Shown: piece after piece, positions 51,677 through 64,000 of the stretch
Layout: each line of letters opens with the position of its first letter
Position numbering within the stretch: the first letter of the stretch is position 1
Source of the DNA: Selaginella moellendorffii
Lineage: Eukaryota; Plantae; Lycopodiophyta
Assembly: GCF_000143415.4 (NCBI RefSeq)
Contig: NW_003314392.1
Span: 34,390 to 98,389, forward strand
Direction: 5' to 3'
Length of the DNA stretch: 64,000 nucleotides
Position numbers and translations under genes: made by a program
Notes under the pieces: model-generated
The model's input: only the letters and a program-made list of their open reading frames with translations
Databases searched by the model: none
Told to the model about the DNA's origin: nothing

Positions 51677-52119
51677 GGGTTTTGCGCGAGTGGGCAAGAT
51701 CCATGGCTCGGTTTGCGGTGGGACTTGAACCGTTGGAAAGCTTGCGTGAGTCCACCCGTTTCCACAGAAACGGATCTGGATTTCGTCGCTCCACCGGCCC
51801 GCACCATTGCGATGGGTTTGACGCTGGGTTTTCGAGCGAGTGGGCAACATCCATGGCTCGGTTTGCGGTGGGACTTGAACCGTTGGAAAGCTTGCGTGAG
51901 TCCACCCGTTTCCACAGAAACGGATCTGGATTTCGTCGCTCCACCGGCCCGCACCATTGCGATGGGTTTGACGCTGGGTTTTCGAGCGAGTGGGCAACAT
52001 CCATGGCTCGGTTTGCGGTGGGACTTGAACCGTTGGAAAGCTTGCGTGAGTCCACCCGTTTCCACAGAAACGGATCCCGATTTCGTTGCTCCACCGTCCC
52101 ACACCATTGCAATGGGTTT
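51677..52119. repeat. Unit with three 150-bp subrepeats; unit length 1399
   Basis: Landmark spacing is 51491 to 52890. Confidence 0.95.
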
Positions 52120-52767
52120 TGTGCTGTTCCCGTTGCCATATCTCGTGGACCGTGGGCCCCCTTTCGCCCTTGGGCACATGGGAGCAACTGGGGCGGTGCG
52201 CGCAACTGGCCCATGTGGCCAAGTACATTTTTCCATGTCCTGGGCGCCTGCTTTTGTGGTTTTTCCCACGGAAGAAGATGCGTCCCACGTGGCGATCCGT
52301 GTGCCCGCCCGCACTCCGGCACCAACGGGGCCGGCCGGCGTGACGCCCCGGTCGCGGCCGTGCCAACGGATCGCGGGCCCCATGCGTGGGCTGCCGCCGG
52401 GAGTGCATCTCACTCTCGAGGAAAACACCGCACTGGCGCTCGGGCCTGCACTGGAACGCGACCCCAGGAGCGCCGTGGCGAAGCCCGCGTCGAGGGCATC
52501 GATCCGAATTGGCTGGGCCCCCCATGCCATGCTGGCACCGTGCGTGCCTTGTCGAAAACGGCACACCCTTGCGACCGCTGGGCGAAAGGGGCAAACCCCG
52601 AGAGGTCCTTGCACCTCCTGTCACTGGGGAGGGTGCCCCCCACGAACACGAACCCAACGGCGCCAGTCCCACGCGAAACGCACGCACGGTTCGCGAGAAA
52701 ACGGCCCCCAACGCCCGCATTCTCCATTATTCCGAGAGAATATTCCCTCCACTACTTAAATTGTGCC

Positions 52768-52866
52768 AAAAAGAGGTGGCTCCGGGTGGGTCTCGACCCA
52801 GGGACCTATTTGAGTGGACTTGTTTTTAGATTGGGGGTCTCTGCCACTAGGCCTCTACCACCTCTC
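52768..52866 (-). ncRNA. Putative Pol III small RNA gene, copy 43
   Basis: Same cassette as copy 1. Confidence 0.65.
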
Positions 52867-54016
52867 CGTTACATATTTCGTGTCGGTTAAATTTATTGGG
52901 TTTGTGGGGGAGGGGGTTTAACTAGCAAAGGGCGATTATGGGGAGCGCTTAGTGCGATTAAGTGGGGCTTAAGTTGGGGCAATCGCGGCCGTCGGTGCGG
53001 TGGGGTGGTTGACCGGCGGCGATGAGTTTGACCGGCGGTCCCCGTGACACGTGGCTAGGGCTAGGGTCTGGATATGGGTTTTGCGCGAGTGGGCAAGATC
53101 CATGGCTCGGTTTGCGGTGGGACTTGAACCGTTGGAAAGCTTGCGTGAGTCCACCCGTTTCCACAGAAACGGATCTGGATTTCGTCGCTCCACCGGCCCG
53201 CACCATTGCGATGGGTTTGACGCTGGGTTTTCGAGCGAGTGGGCAACATCCATGGCTCGGTTTGCGGTGGGACTTGAACCGTTGGAAAGCTTGCGTGAGT
53301 CCACCCGTTTCCACAGAAACGGATCCCGATTTCGTTGCTCCACCGTCCCACACCATTGCAATGGGTTTTGTGCTGTTCCCGTTGCCATATCTCGTGGACC
53401 GTGGGCCCCCTTTCGCCCTTGGGCACATGGGAGCAACTGGGGCGGTGCGCGCAACTGGCCCATGTGGCCAAGTACATTTTTCCATGTCCTGGGCGCCTGC
53501 TTTTGTGGTTTTTCCCACGGAAGAAGATGCGTCCCACGTGGCGATCCGTGTGCCCGCCCGCACTCCGGCACCAACGGGGCCGGCCGGCGTGACGCCCCGG
53601 TCGCGGCCGTGCCAACGGATCGCGGGCCCCATGCGTGGGCTGCCGCCGGGAGTGCATCTCACTCTCGAGGAAAACACCGCACTGGCGCTCGGGCCTGCAC
53701 TGGAACGCGACCCCAGGAGCGCCGTGGCGAAGCCCGCGTCGAGGGCATCGATCCGAATTGGCTGGGCCCCCCATGCCATGCTGGCACCGTGCGTGCCTTG
53801 TCGAAAACGGCACACCCTTGCGACCGCTGGGCGAAAGGGGCAAACCCCGAGAGGTCCTTGCACCTCCTGTCACTGGGGAGGGTGCCCCCCACGAACACGA
53901 ACCCAACGGCGCCAGTCCCACGCGAAACGCACGCACGGTTCGCGAGAAAACGGCCCCCAACGCCCGCATTCTCCATTATTCCGAGAGAATATTCCCTCCA
54001 CTACTTAAATTGTGCC

Positions 54017-54115
54017 AAAAAGAGGTGGCTCCGGGTGGGTCTCGACCCAGGGACCTATTTGAGTGGACTTGTTTTTAGATTGGGGGTCTCTGCCACTAGG
54101 CCTCTACCACCTCTC
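54017..54115 (-). ncRNA. Putative Pol III small RNA gene, copy 44
   Basis: Same cassette as copy 1. Confidence 0.65.
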
Positions 54116-54324
54116 CGTTACATATTTCGTGTCGGTTAAATTTATTGGGTTTGTGGGGGAGGGGGTTTAACTAGCAAAGGGCGATTATGGGGAGCGCTTA
54201 GTGCGATTAAGTGGGGCTTAAGTTGGGGCAATCGCGGCCGTCGGTGCGGTGGGGTGGTTGACCGGCGGCGATGAGTTTGACCGGCGGTCCCCGTGACACG
54301 TGGCTAGGGCTAGGGTCTGGATAT

Positions 54325-54767
54325 GGGTTTTGCGCGAGTGGGCAAGATCCATGGCTCGGTTTGCGGTGGGACTTGAACCGTTGGAAAGCTTGCGTGAGTC
54401 CACCCGTTTCCACAGAAACGGATCTGGATTTCGTCGCTCCACCGGCCCGCACCATTGCGATGGGTTTGACGCTGGGTTTTCGAGCGAGTGGGCAAGATCC
54501 ATGGCTCGGTTTGCGGTGGGACTTGAACCGTTGGAAAGCTTGCGTGAGTCCACCCGTTTCCACAGAAACGGATCTGGATTTCGTCGCTCCACCGGCCCGC
54601 ACCATTGCGATGGGTTTGACGCTGGGTTTTCGAGCGAGTGGGCAACATCCATGGCTCGGTTTGCGGTGGGACTTGAACCGTTGGAAAGCTTGCGTGAGTC
54701 CACCCGTTTCCACAGAAACGGATCCCGATTTCGTTGCTCCACCGTCCCACACCATTGCAATGGGTTT
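54325..54767. repeat. Unit with three 150-bp subrepeats and a different hybrid middle copy
   Basis: The middle copy reads CGAGCGAGTGGGCAAGATCC (G at 54496). Confidence 0.95.
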
Positions 54768-55114
54768 TGTGCTGTTCCCGTTGCCATATCTCGTGGACCG
54801 TGGGCCCCCTTTCGCCCTTGGGCACATGGGAGCAACTGGGGCGGTGCGCGCAACTGGCCCATGTGGCCAAGTACATTTTTCCATGTCCTGGGCGCCTGCT
54901 TTTGTGGTTTTTCCCACGGAAGAAGATGCGTCCCACGTGGCGATCCGTGTGCCCGCCCGCACTCCGGCACCAACGGGGCCGGCCGGCGTGACGCCCCGGT
55001 CGCGGCCGTGCCAACGGATCGCGGGCCCCATGCGTGGGCTGCCGCCGGGAGTGCATCTCACTCTCGAGGAAAACCCCGCGCTGGCGCTCGGGCCTGCACT
55101 GGAACGCGACCCCA

Positions 55115-55214
55115 NNNNNNNNNNNNNNNNNNNNNNNNNNNNNNNNNNNNNNNNNNNNNNNNNNNNNNNNNNNNNNNNNNNNNNNNNNNNNNNNNNNNNN
55201 NNNNNNNNNNNNNN
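55115..55214. other. Assembly gap (100 N, probably arbitrary size)
   Basis: Exactly 100 N stand where the consensus has 59 bp. Confidence 0.97.
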
Positions 55215-55456
55215 GCCATGCTGGCACCGTGCGTGCCTTGTCGAAAACGGCACACCCTTGCGACCGCTGGGCGAAAGGGGCAAACCCCGAGAGGTCCTTG
55301 CACCTCCTGTCACTGGGGAGGGTGCCCCCCACGAACACGAACCCAACGGCGCCAGTCCCACGCGAAACGCACGCACGGTTCGCGAGAAAACGGCCCCCAA
55401 CGCCCGCATTCTCCATTATTCCGAGAGAATATTCCCTCCACTACTTAAATTGTGCC

Positions 55457-55555
55457 AAAAAGAGGTGGCTCCGGGTGGGTCTCGACCCAGGGACCTATTT
55501 GAGTGGACTTGTTTTTAGATTGGGGGTCTCTGCCACTAGGCCTCTACCACCTCTC
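55457..55555 (-). ncRNA. Putative Pol III small RNA gene, copy 45
   Basis: Same cassette as copy 1. Confidence 0.65.
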
Positions 55556-56705
55556 CGTTACATATTTCGTGTCGGTTAAATTTATTGGGTTTGTGGGGGA
55601 GGGGGTTTAACTAGCAAAGGGCGATTATGGGGAGCGCTTAGTGCGATTAAGTGGGGCTTAAGTTGGGGCAATCGCGGCCGTCGGTGCGGTGGGGTGGTTG
55701 ACCGGCGGCGATGAGTTTGACCGGCGGTCCCCGTGACACGTGGCTAGGGCTAGGGTCTGGATATGGGTTTTGCGCGAGTGGGCAAGATCCATGGCTCGGT
55801 TTGCGGTGGGACTTGAACCGTTGGAAAGCTTGCGTGAGTCCACCCGTTTCCACAGAAACGGATCTGGATTTCGTCGCTCCACCGGCCCGCACCATTGCGA
55901 TGGGTTTGACGCTGGGTTTTCGAGCGAGTGGGCAACATCCATGGCTCGGTTTGCGGTGGGACTTGAACCGTTGGAAAGCTTGCGTGAGTCCACCCGTTTC
56001 CACAGAAACGGATCCCGATTTCGTTGCTCCACCGTCCCACACCATTGCAATGGGTTTTGTGCTGTTCCCGTTGCCATATCTCGTGGACCGTGGGCCCCCT
56101 TTCGCCCTTGGGCACATGGGAGCAACTGGGGCGGTGCGCGCAACTGGCCCATGTGGCCAAGTACATTTTTCCATGTCCTGGGCGCCTGCTTTTGTGGTTT
56201 TTCCCACGGAAGAAGATGCGTCCCACGTGGCGATCCGTGTGCCCGCCCGCACTCCGGCACCAACGGGGCCGGCCGGCGTGACGCCCCGGTCGCGGCCGTG
56301 CCAACGGATCGCGGGCCCCATGCGTGGGCTGCCGCCGGGAGTGCATCTCACTCTCGAGGAAAACACCGCACTGGCGCTCGGGCCTGCACTGGAACGCGAC
56401 CCCAGGAGCGCCGTGGCGAAGCCCGCGTCGAGGGCATCGATCCGAATTGGCTGGGCCCCCCATGCCATGCTGGCACCGTGCGTGCCTTGTCGAAAACGGC
56501 ACACCCTTGCGACCGCTGGGCGAAAGGGGCAAACCCCGAGAGGTCCTTGCACCTCCTGTCACTGGGGAGGGTGCCCCCCACGAACACGAACCCAACGGCG
56601 CCAGTCCCACGCGAAACGCACGCACGGTTCGCGAGAAAACGGCCCCCAACGCCCGCATTCTCCATTATTCCGAGAGAATATTCCCTCCACTACTTAAATT
56701 GTGCC

Positions 56706-56804
56706 AAAAAGAGGTGGCTCCGGGTGGGTCTCGACCCAGGGACCTATTTGAGTGGACTTGTTTTTAGATTGGGGGTCTCTGCCACTAGGCCTCTACCACC
56801 TCTC
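56706..56804 (-). ncRNA. Putative Pol III small RNA gene, copy 46
   Basis: Same cassette as copy 1. Confidence 0.65.
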
Positions 56805-57954
56805 CGTTACATATTTCGTGTCGGTTAAATTTATTGGGTTTGTGGGGGAGGGGGTTTAACTAGCAAAGGGCGATTATGGGGAGCGCTTAGTGCGATTAAG
56901 TGGGGCTTAAGTTGGGGCAATCGCGGCCGTCGGTGCGGTGGGGTGGTTGACCGGCGGCGATGAGTTTGACCGGCGGTCCCCGTGACACGTGGCTAGGGCT
57001 AGGGTCTGGATATGGGTTTTGCGCGAGTGGGCAAGATCCATGGCTCGGTTTGCGGTGGGACTTGAACCGTTGGAAAGCTTGCGTGAGTCCACCCGTTTCC
57101 ACAGAAACGGATCTGGATTTCGTCGCTCCACCGGCCCGCACCATTGCGATGGGTTTGACGCTGGGTTTTCGAGCGAGTGGGCAACATCCATGGCTCGGTT
57201 TGCGGTGGGACTTGAACCGTTGGAAAGCTTGCGTGAGTCCACCCGTTTCCACAGAAACGGATCCCGATTTCGTTGCTCCACCGTCCCACACCATTGCAAT
57301 GGGTTTTGTGCTGTTCCCGTTGCCATATCTCGTGGACCGTGGGCCCCCTTTCGCCCTTGGGCACATGGGAGCAACTGGGGCGGTGCGCGCAACTGGCCCA
57401 TGTGGCCAAGTACATTTTTCCATGTCCTGGGCGCCTGCTTTTGTGGTTTTTCCCACGGAAGAAGATGCGTCCCACGTGGCGATCCGTGTGCCCGCCCGCA
57501 CTCCGGCACCAACGGGGCCGGCCGGCGTGACGCCCCGGTCGCGGCCGTGCCAACGGATCGCGGGCCCCATGCGTGGGCTGCCGCCGGGAGTGCATCTCAC
57601 TCTCGAGGAAAACACCGCACTGGCGCTCGGGCCTGCACTGGAACGCGACCCCAGGAGCGCCGTGGCGAAGCCCGCGTCGAGGGCATCGATCCGAATTGGC
57701 TGGGCCCCCCATGCCATGCTGGCACCGTGCGTGCCTTGTCGAAAACGGCACACCCTTGCGACCGCTGGGCGAAAGGGGCAAACCCCGAGAGGTCCTTGCA
57801 CCTCCTGTCACTGGGGAGGGTGCCCCCCACGAACACGAACCCAACGGCGCCAGTCCCACGCGAAACGCACGCACGGTTCGCGAGAAAACGGCCCCCAACG
57901 CCCGCATTCTCCATTATTCCGAGAGAATATTCCCTCCACTACTTAAATTGTGCC

Positions 57955-58053
57955 AAAAAGAGGTGGCTCCGGGTGGGTCTCGACCCAGGGACCTATTTGA
58001 GTGGACTTGTTTTTAGATTGGGGGTCTCTGCCACTAGGCCTCTACCACCTCTC
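57955..58053 (-). ncRNA. Putative Pol III small RNA gene, copy 47
   Basis: Same cassette as copy 1. Confidence 0.65.
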
Positions 58054-59204
58054 CGTTACATATTTCGTGTCGGTTAAATTTATTGGGTTTGTGGGGGAGG
58101 GGGTTTAACTAGCAAAGGGCGATTATGGGGAGCGCTTAGTGCGATTAAGTGGGGCTTAAGTTGGGGCAATCGCGGCCGTCGGTGCGGTGGGGTGGTTGAC
58201 CGGCGGCGATGAGTTTGACCGGCGGTCCCCGTGACACGTGGCTAGGGCTAGGGTCTGGATATGGGTTTTGCGCGAGTGGGCAAGATCCATGGCTCGGTTT
58301 GCGGTGGGACTTGAACCGTTGGAAAGCTTGCGTGAGTCCACCCGTTTCCACAGAAACGGATCTGGATTTCGTCGCTCCACCGGCCCGCACCATTGCGATG
58401 GGTTTGACGCTGGGTTTTCGAGCGAGTGGGCAACATCCATGGCTCGGTTTGCGGTGGGACTTGAACCGTTGGAAAGCTTGCGTGAGTCCACCCGATTTCC
58501 ACAGAAACGGATCCCGATTTCGTTGCTCCACCGTCCCACACCATTGCAATGGGTTTTGTGCTGTTCCCGTTGCCATATCTCGTGGACCGTGGGCCCCCTT
58601 TCGCCCTTGGGCACATGGGAGCAACTGGGGCGGTGCGCGCAACTGGCCCATGTGGCCAAGTACATTTTTCCATGTCCTGGGCGCCTGCTTTTGTGGTTTT
58701 TCCCACGGAAGAAGATGCGTCCCACGTGGCGATCCGTGTGCCCGCCCGCACTCCGGCACCAACGGGGCCGGCCGGCGTGACGCCCCGGTCGCGGCCGTGC
58801 CAACGGATCGCGGGCCCCATGCGTGGGCTGCCGCCGGGAGTGCATCTCACTCTCGAGGAAAACACCGCACTGGCGCTCGGGCCTGCACTGGAACGCGACC
58901 CCAGGAGCGCCGTGGCGAAGCCCGCGTCGAGGGCATCGATCCGAATTGGCTGGGCCCCCCATGCCATGCTGGCACCGTGCGTGCCTTGTCGAAAACGGCA
59001 CACCCTTGCGACCGCTGGGCGAAAGGGGCAAACCCCGAGAGGTCCTTGCACCTCCTGTCACTGGGGAGGGTGCCCCCCACGAACACGAACCCAACGGCGC
59101 CAGTCCCACACGAAACGCACGCACGGTTCGCGAGAAAACGGCCCCCAACGCCCGCATTCTCCATTATTCCAAGAGAATATTCCCTCCACTACTTAAATTG
59201 TGCC

Positions 59205-59303
59205 AAAAAGAGGTGGCTCCGGGTGGGTCTCGACCCAGGGACCTATTTGAGTGGACTTGTTTTTAGATTGGGGGTCTCTGCCACTAGGCCTCTACCACCT
59301 CTC
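59205..59303 (-). ncRNA. Putative Pol III small RNA gene, copy 48
   Basis: Same cassette as copy 1. Confidence 0.65.
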
Positions 59304-60453
59304 CGTTACATATTTCGTGTCGGTTAAATTTATTGGGTTTGTGGGGGAGGGGGTTTAACTAGCAAAGGGCGATTATGGGGAGCGCTTAGTGCGATTAAGT
59401 GGGGCTTAAGTTGGGGCAATCGCGGCCGTCGGTGCGGTGGGGTGGTTGACCGGCGGCGATGAGTTTGACCGGCGGTCCCCGTGACACGTGGCTAGGGCTA
59501 GGGTCTGGATATGGGTTTTGCGCGAGTGGGCAAGATCCATGGCTCGGTTTGCGGTGGGACTTGAACCGTTGGAAAGCTTGCGTGAGTCCACCCGTTTCCA
59601 CAGAAACGGATCTGGATTTCGTCGCTCCACCGGCCCGCACCATTGCGATGGGTTTGACGCTGGGTTTTCGAGCGAGTGGGCAACATCCATGGCTCGGTTT
59701 GCGGTGGGACTTGAACCGTTGGAAAGCTTGCGTGAGTCCACCCGTTTCCACAGAAACGGATCCCGATTTCGTTGCTCCACCGTCCCACACCATTGCAATG
59801 GGTTTTGTGCTGTTCCCGTTGCCATATCTCGTGGACCGTGGGCCCCCTTTCGCCCTTGGGCACATGGGAGCAACTGGGGCGGTGCGCGCAACTGGCCCAT
59901 GTGGCCAAGTACATTTTTCCATGTCCTGGGCGCCTGCTTTTGTGGTTTTTCCCACGGAAGAAGATGCGTCCCACGTGGCGATCCGTGTGCCCGCCCGCAC
60001 TCCGGCACCAACGGGGCCGGCCGGCGTGACGCCCCGGTCGCGGCCGTGCCAACGGATCGCGGGCCCCATGCGTGGGCTGCCGCCGGGAGTGCATCTCACT
60101 CTCGAGGAAAACACCGCACTGGCGCTCGGGCCTGCACTGGAACGCGACCCCAGGAGCGCCGTGGCGAAGCCCGCGTCGAGGGCATCGATCCGAATTGGCT
60201 GGGCCCCCCATGCCATGCTGGCACCGTGCGTGCCTTGTCGAAAACGGCACACCCTTGCGACCGCTGGGCGAAAGGGGCAAACCCCGAGAGGTCCTTGCAC
60301 CTCCTGTCACTGGGGAGGGTGCCCCCCACGAACACGAACCCAACGGCGCCAGTCCCACGCGAAACGCACGCACGGTTCGCGAGAAAACGGCCCCCAACGC
60401 CCGCATTCTCCATTATTCCGAGAGAATATTCCCTCCACTACTTAAATTGTGCC

Positions 60454-60552
60454 AAAAAGAGGTGGCTCCGGGTGGGTCTCGACCCAGGGACCTATTTGAG
60501 TGGACTTGTTTTTAGATTGGGGGTCTCTGCCACTAGGCCTCTACCACCTCTC
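60454..60552 (-). ncRNA. Putative Pol III small RNA gene, copy 49
   Basis: Same cassette as copy 1. Confidence 0.65.
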
Positions 60553-61702
60553 CGTTACATATTTCGTGTCGGTTAAATTTATTGGGTTTGTGGGGGAGGG
60601 GGTTTAACTAGCAAAGGGCGATTATGGGGAGCGCTTAGTGCGATTAAGTGGGGCTTAAGTTGGGGCAATCGCGGCCGTCGGTGCGGTGGGGTGGTTGACC
60701 GGCGGCGATGAGTTTGACCGGCGGTCCCCGTGACACGTGGCTAGGGCTAGGGTCTGGATATGGGTTTTGCGCGAGTGGGCAAGATCCATGGCTCGGTTTG
60801 CGGTGGGACTTGAACCGTTGGAAAGCTTGCGTGAGTCCACCCGTTTCCACAGAAACGGATCTGGATTTCGTCGCTCCACCGGCCCGCACCATTGCGATGG
60901 GTTTGACGCTGGGTTTTCGAGCGAGTGGGCAACATCCATGGCTCGGTTTGCGGTGGGACTTGAACCGTTGGAAAGCTTGCGTGAGTCCACCCGTTTCCAC
61001 AGAAACGGATCCCGATTTCGTTGCTCCACCGTCCCACACCATTGCAATGGGTTTTGTGCTGTTCCCGTTGCCATATCTCGTGGACCGTGGGCCCCCTTTC
61101 GCCCTTGGGCACATGGGAGCAACTGGGGCGGTGCGCGCAACTGGCCCATGTGGCCAAGTACATTTTTCCATGTCCTGGGCGCCTGCTTTTGTGGTTTTTC
61201 CCACGGAAGAAGATGCGTCCCACGTGGCGATCCGTGTGCCCGCCCGCACTCCGGCACCAACGGGGCCGGCCGGCGTGACGCCCCGGTCGCGGCCGTGCCA
61301 ACGGATCGCGGGCCCCATGCGTGGGCTGCCGCCGGGAGTGCATCTCACTCTCGAGGAAAACACCGCACTGGCGCTCGGGCCTGCACTGGAACGCGACCCC
61401 AGGAGCGCCGTGGCGAAGCCCGCGTCGAGGGCATCGATCCGAATTGGCTGGGCCCCCCATGCCATGCTGGCACCGTGCGTGCCTTGTCGAAAACGGCACA
61501 CCCTTGCGACCGCTGGGCGAAAGGGGCAAACCCCGAGAGGTCCTTGCACCTCCTGTCACTGGGGAGGGTGCCCCCCACGAACACGAACCCAACGGCGCCA
61601 GTCCCACGCGAAACGCACGCACGGTTCGCGAGAAAACGGCCCCCAACGCCCGCATTCTCCATTATTCCGAGAGAATATTCCCTCCACTACTTAAATTGTG
61701 CC

Positions 61703-61801
61703 AAAAAGAGGTGGCTCCGGGTGGGTCTCGACCCAGGGACCTATTTGAGTGGACTTGTTTTTAGATTGGGGGTCTCTGCCACTAGGCCTCTACCACCTCT
61801 C
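61703..61801 (-). ncRNA. Putative Pol III small RNA gene, copy 50
   Basis: Same cassette as copy 1. Confidence 0.65.
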
Positions 61802-62953
61802 CGTTACATATTTCGTGTCGGTTAAATTTATTGGGTTTGTGGGGGAGGGGGTTTAACTAGCAAAGGGCGATTATGGGGAGCGCTTAGTGCGATTAAGTGG
61901 GGCTTAAGTTGGGGCAATCGCGGCCGTCGGTGCGGTGGGGTGGTTGACCGGCGGCGATGAGTTTGACCGGCGGTCCCCGTGACACGTGGCTAGGGCTAGG
62001 GTCTGGATATGGGTTTTGCGCGAGTGGGCAAGATCCATGGCTCGGTTTGCGGTGGGACTTGAACCGTTGGAAAGCTTGCGTGAGTCCACCCTGTTTCCAC
62101 AGAAACGGATCTGGATTTCGTCGCTCCACCGGCCCGCACCATTGCGATGGGTTTGACGCTGGGTTTTCGAGCGAGTGGGCAACATCCATGGCTCGGTTTG
62201 CGGTGGGACTTGAACCGTTGGAAAGCTTGCGTGAGTCCACCCGTTTCCACAGAAACGGATCCCGATTTCGTTGCTCCACCGTCCCACACCATTGCAATGG
62301 GTTTTGTGCTGTTCCCGTTGCCATATCTCGTGGACCGTGGGCCCCCTTTCGCCCTTGGGCACATGGGAGCAACTGGGGCGGTGCGCGCAACTGGCCCATG
62401 TGGCCAAGTACATTTTTCCATGTCCTGGGCGCCTGCTTTTGTGGTTTTTCCCACGGAAGAAGATGCGTCCCACGTGGCGATCCGTGTGCCCGCCCGCACT
62501 CCGGCACCAACGGGGCCGGCCGGCGTGACGCCCCGGTCGCGGCCGTGCCAACGGATCGCGGGCCCCATGCGTGGGCTGCCGCCGGGAGTGCATCTCACTC
62601 TCGAGGAAAACACCGCACTGGCGCTCGGGCCTGCACTGGAACGCGACCCCAGGAGCGCCGTGGCGAAGCCCGCGTCGAGGGCATCGATCCGAATTGGCTG
62701 GGCCCCCCATGCCATGCTGGCACCGTGCGTGCCTTGTCGAAAACGGCACACCCTTGCGACCGCTGGGCGAAAGGGGCAAACCCCGAGAGGTCCTTGCACC
62801 TCCTGTCACTGGGGAGGGTGCCCCCCCACGAACACGAACCCAACGGCGCCAGTCCCACGCGAAACGCACGCACGGTTCGCGAGAAAACGGCCCCCAACGC
62901 CCGCATTCTCCATTATTCCGAGAGAATATTCCCTCCACTACTTAAATTGTGCC

Positions 62954-63052
62954 AAAAAGAGGTGGCTCCGGGTGGGTCTCGACCCAGGGACCTATTTGAG
63001 TGGACTTGTTTTTAGATTGGGGGTCTCTGCCACTAGGCCTCTACCACCTCTC
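62954..63052 (-). ncRNA. Putative Pol III small RNA gene, copy 51
   Basis: Same cassette as copy 1. Confidence 0.65.
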
Positions 63053-64000
63053 CGTTACATATTTCGTGTCGGTTAAATTTATTGGGTTTGTGGGGGAGGG
63101 GGTTTAACTAGCAAAGGGCGATTATGGGGAGCGCTTAGTGCGATTAAGTGGGGCTTAAGTTGGGGCAATCGCGGCCGTCGGTGCGGTGGGGTGGTTGACC
63201 GGCGGCGATGAGTTTGACCGGCGGTCCCCGTGACACGTGGCTAGGGCTAGGGTCTGGATATGGGTTTTGCGCGAGTGGGCAAGATCCATGGCTCGGTTTG
63301 CGGTGGGACTTGAACCGTTGGAAAGCTTGCGTGAGTCCACCCGTTTCCACAGAAACGGATCTGGATTTCGTCGCTCCACCGGCCCGCACCATTGCGATGG
63401 GTTTGACGCTGGGTTTTCGAGCGAGTGGGCAACATCCATGGCTCGGTTTGCGGTGGGACTTGAACCGTTGGAAAGCTTGCGTGAGTCCACCCGTTTCCAC
63501 AGAAACGGATCCCGATTTCGTTGCTCCACCGTCCCACACCATTGCAATGGGTTTTGTGCTGTTCCCGTTGCCATATCTCGTGGACCGTGGGCCCCCTTTC
63601 GCCCTTGGGCACATGGGAGCAACTGGGGCGGTGCGCGCAACTGGCCCATGTGGCCAAGTACATTTTTCCATGTCCTGGGCGCCTGCTTTTGTGGTTTTTC
63701 CCACGGAAGAAGATGCGTCCCACGTGGCGATCCGTGTGCCCGCCCGCACTCCGGCACCAACGGGGCCGGCCGGCGTGACGCCCCGGTCGCGGCCGTGCCA
63801 ACGGATCGCGGGCCCCATGCGTGGGCTGCCGCCGGGAGTGCATCTCACTCTCGAGGAAAACACCGCACTGGCGCTCGGGCCTGGACTGGAACGCGACCCC
63901 AGGAGCGCCGTGGCGAAGCCCGCGTCGAGGGCATCGATCCGAATTGGCTGGGCCCCCCATGCCATGCTGGCACCGTGCGTGCCTTGTCGAAAACGGCACA

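Larger units (their letters stand above)
27..64000. repeat. Tandem array (macrosatellite / small-RNA gene array) of ~51 head-to-tail 1249-bp units
   Basis: The landmark GTCGGTTAA ends at 250, 1502, 2751, 3999, 5248 ... 61825, 63076, giving a modal period of 1249 bp. Exceptions are 1099, 1399, 1266, 1264 and 1440 bp. Units are nearly identical. Confidence 0.99.

Noticed and set aside
318-63999. Hundreds of 85-415 aa ORFs repeated in every unit
   Set aside because: They overlap in nearly all six frames and are Arg/Pro/Gly/Ala-rich, as expected for GC-rich, TpA-poor DNA. I see no recognisable domain, they are freely frameshifted between units, and the unit length is not a multiple of 3.

Overview
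Apart from its first ~26 nt, the window is one head-to-tail tandem array of a GC-rich, near-identical 1249-bp unit (about 51 units, three N-gaps), most likely eukaryotic. The six-frame ORFs are artefacts of GC-rich, stop-poor repeat DNA, and I call no protein-coding gene. Each unit carries on the minus strand a ~99-nt cassette with the layout of an RNA polymerase III type-2 gene. It has an AT-rich TATA-like element at about -31..-21, an A-box-like AGGCCTAGTGG, a B-box-like GGGTCGAGACC, an 8-bp (plus G-U) stem pairing the 5' and 3' ends, and a T5 terminator. It is not 5S rRNA, a canonical tRNA or a recognisable U snRNA/SL RNA. Its size and panhandle layout most resemble vault RNA or a tRNA-derived small RNA. 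Upstream of each gene lies a 150-bp subrepeat, usually in 2 copies but 1 or 3 in some units, and each copy holds a perfect B-box (GGTTCAAGTCC). My best reading is an amplified Pol III small-RNA gene array with variable-copy B-box spacer elements. The RNA family, its expression and the organism cannot be established from sequence alone.
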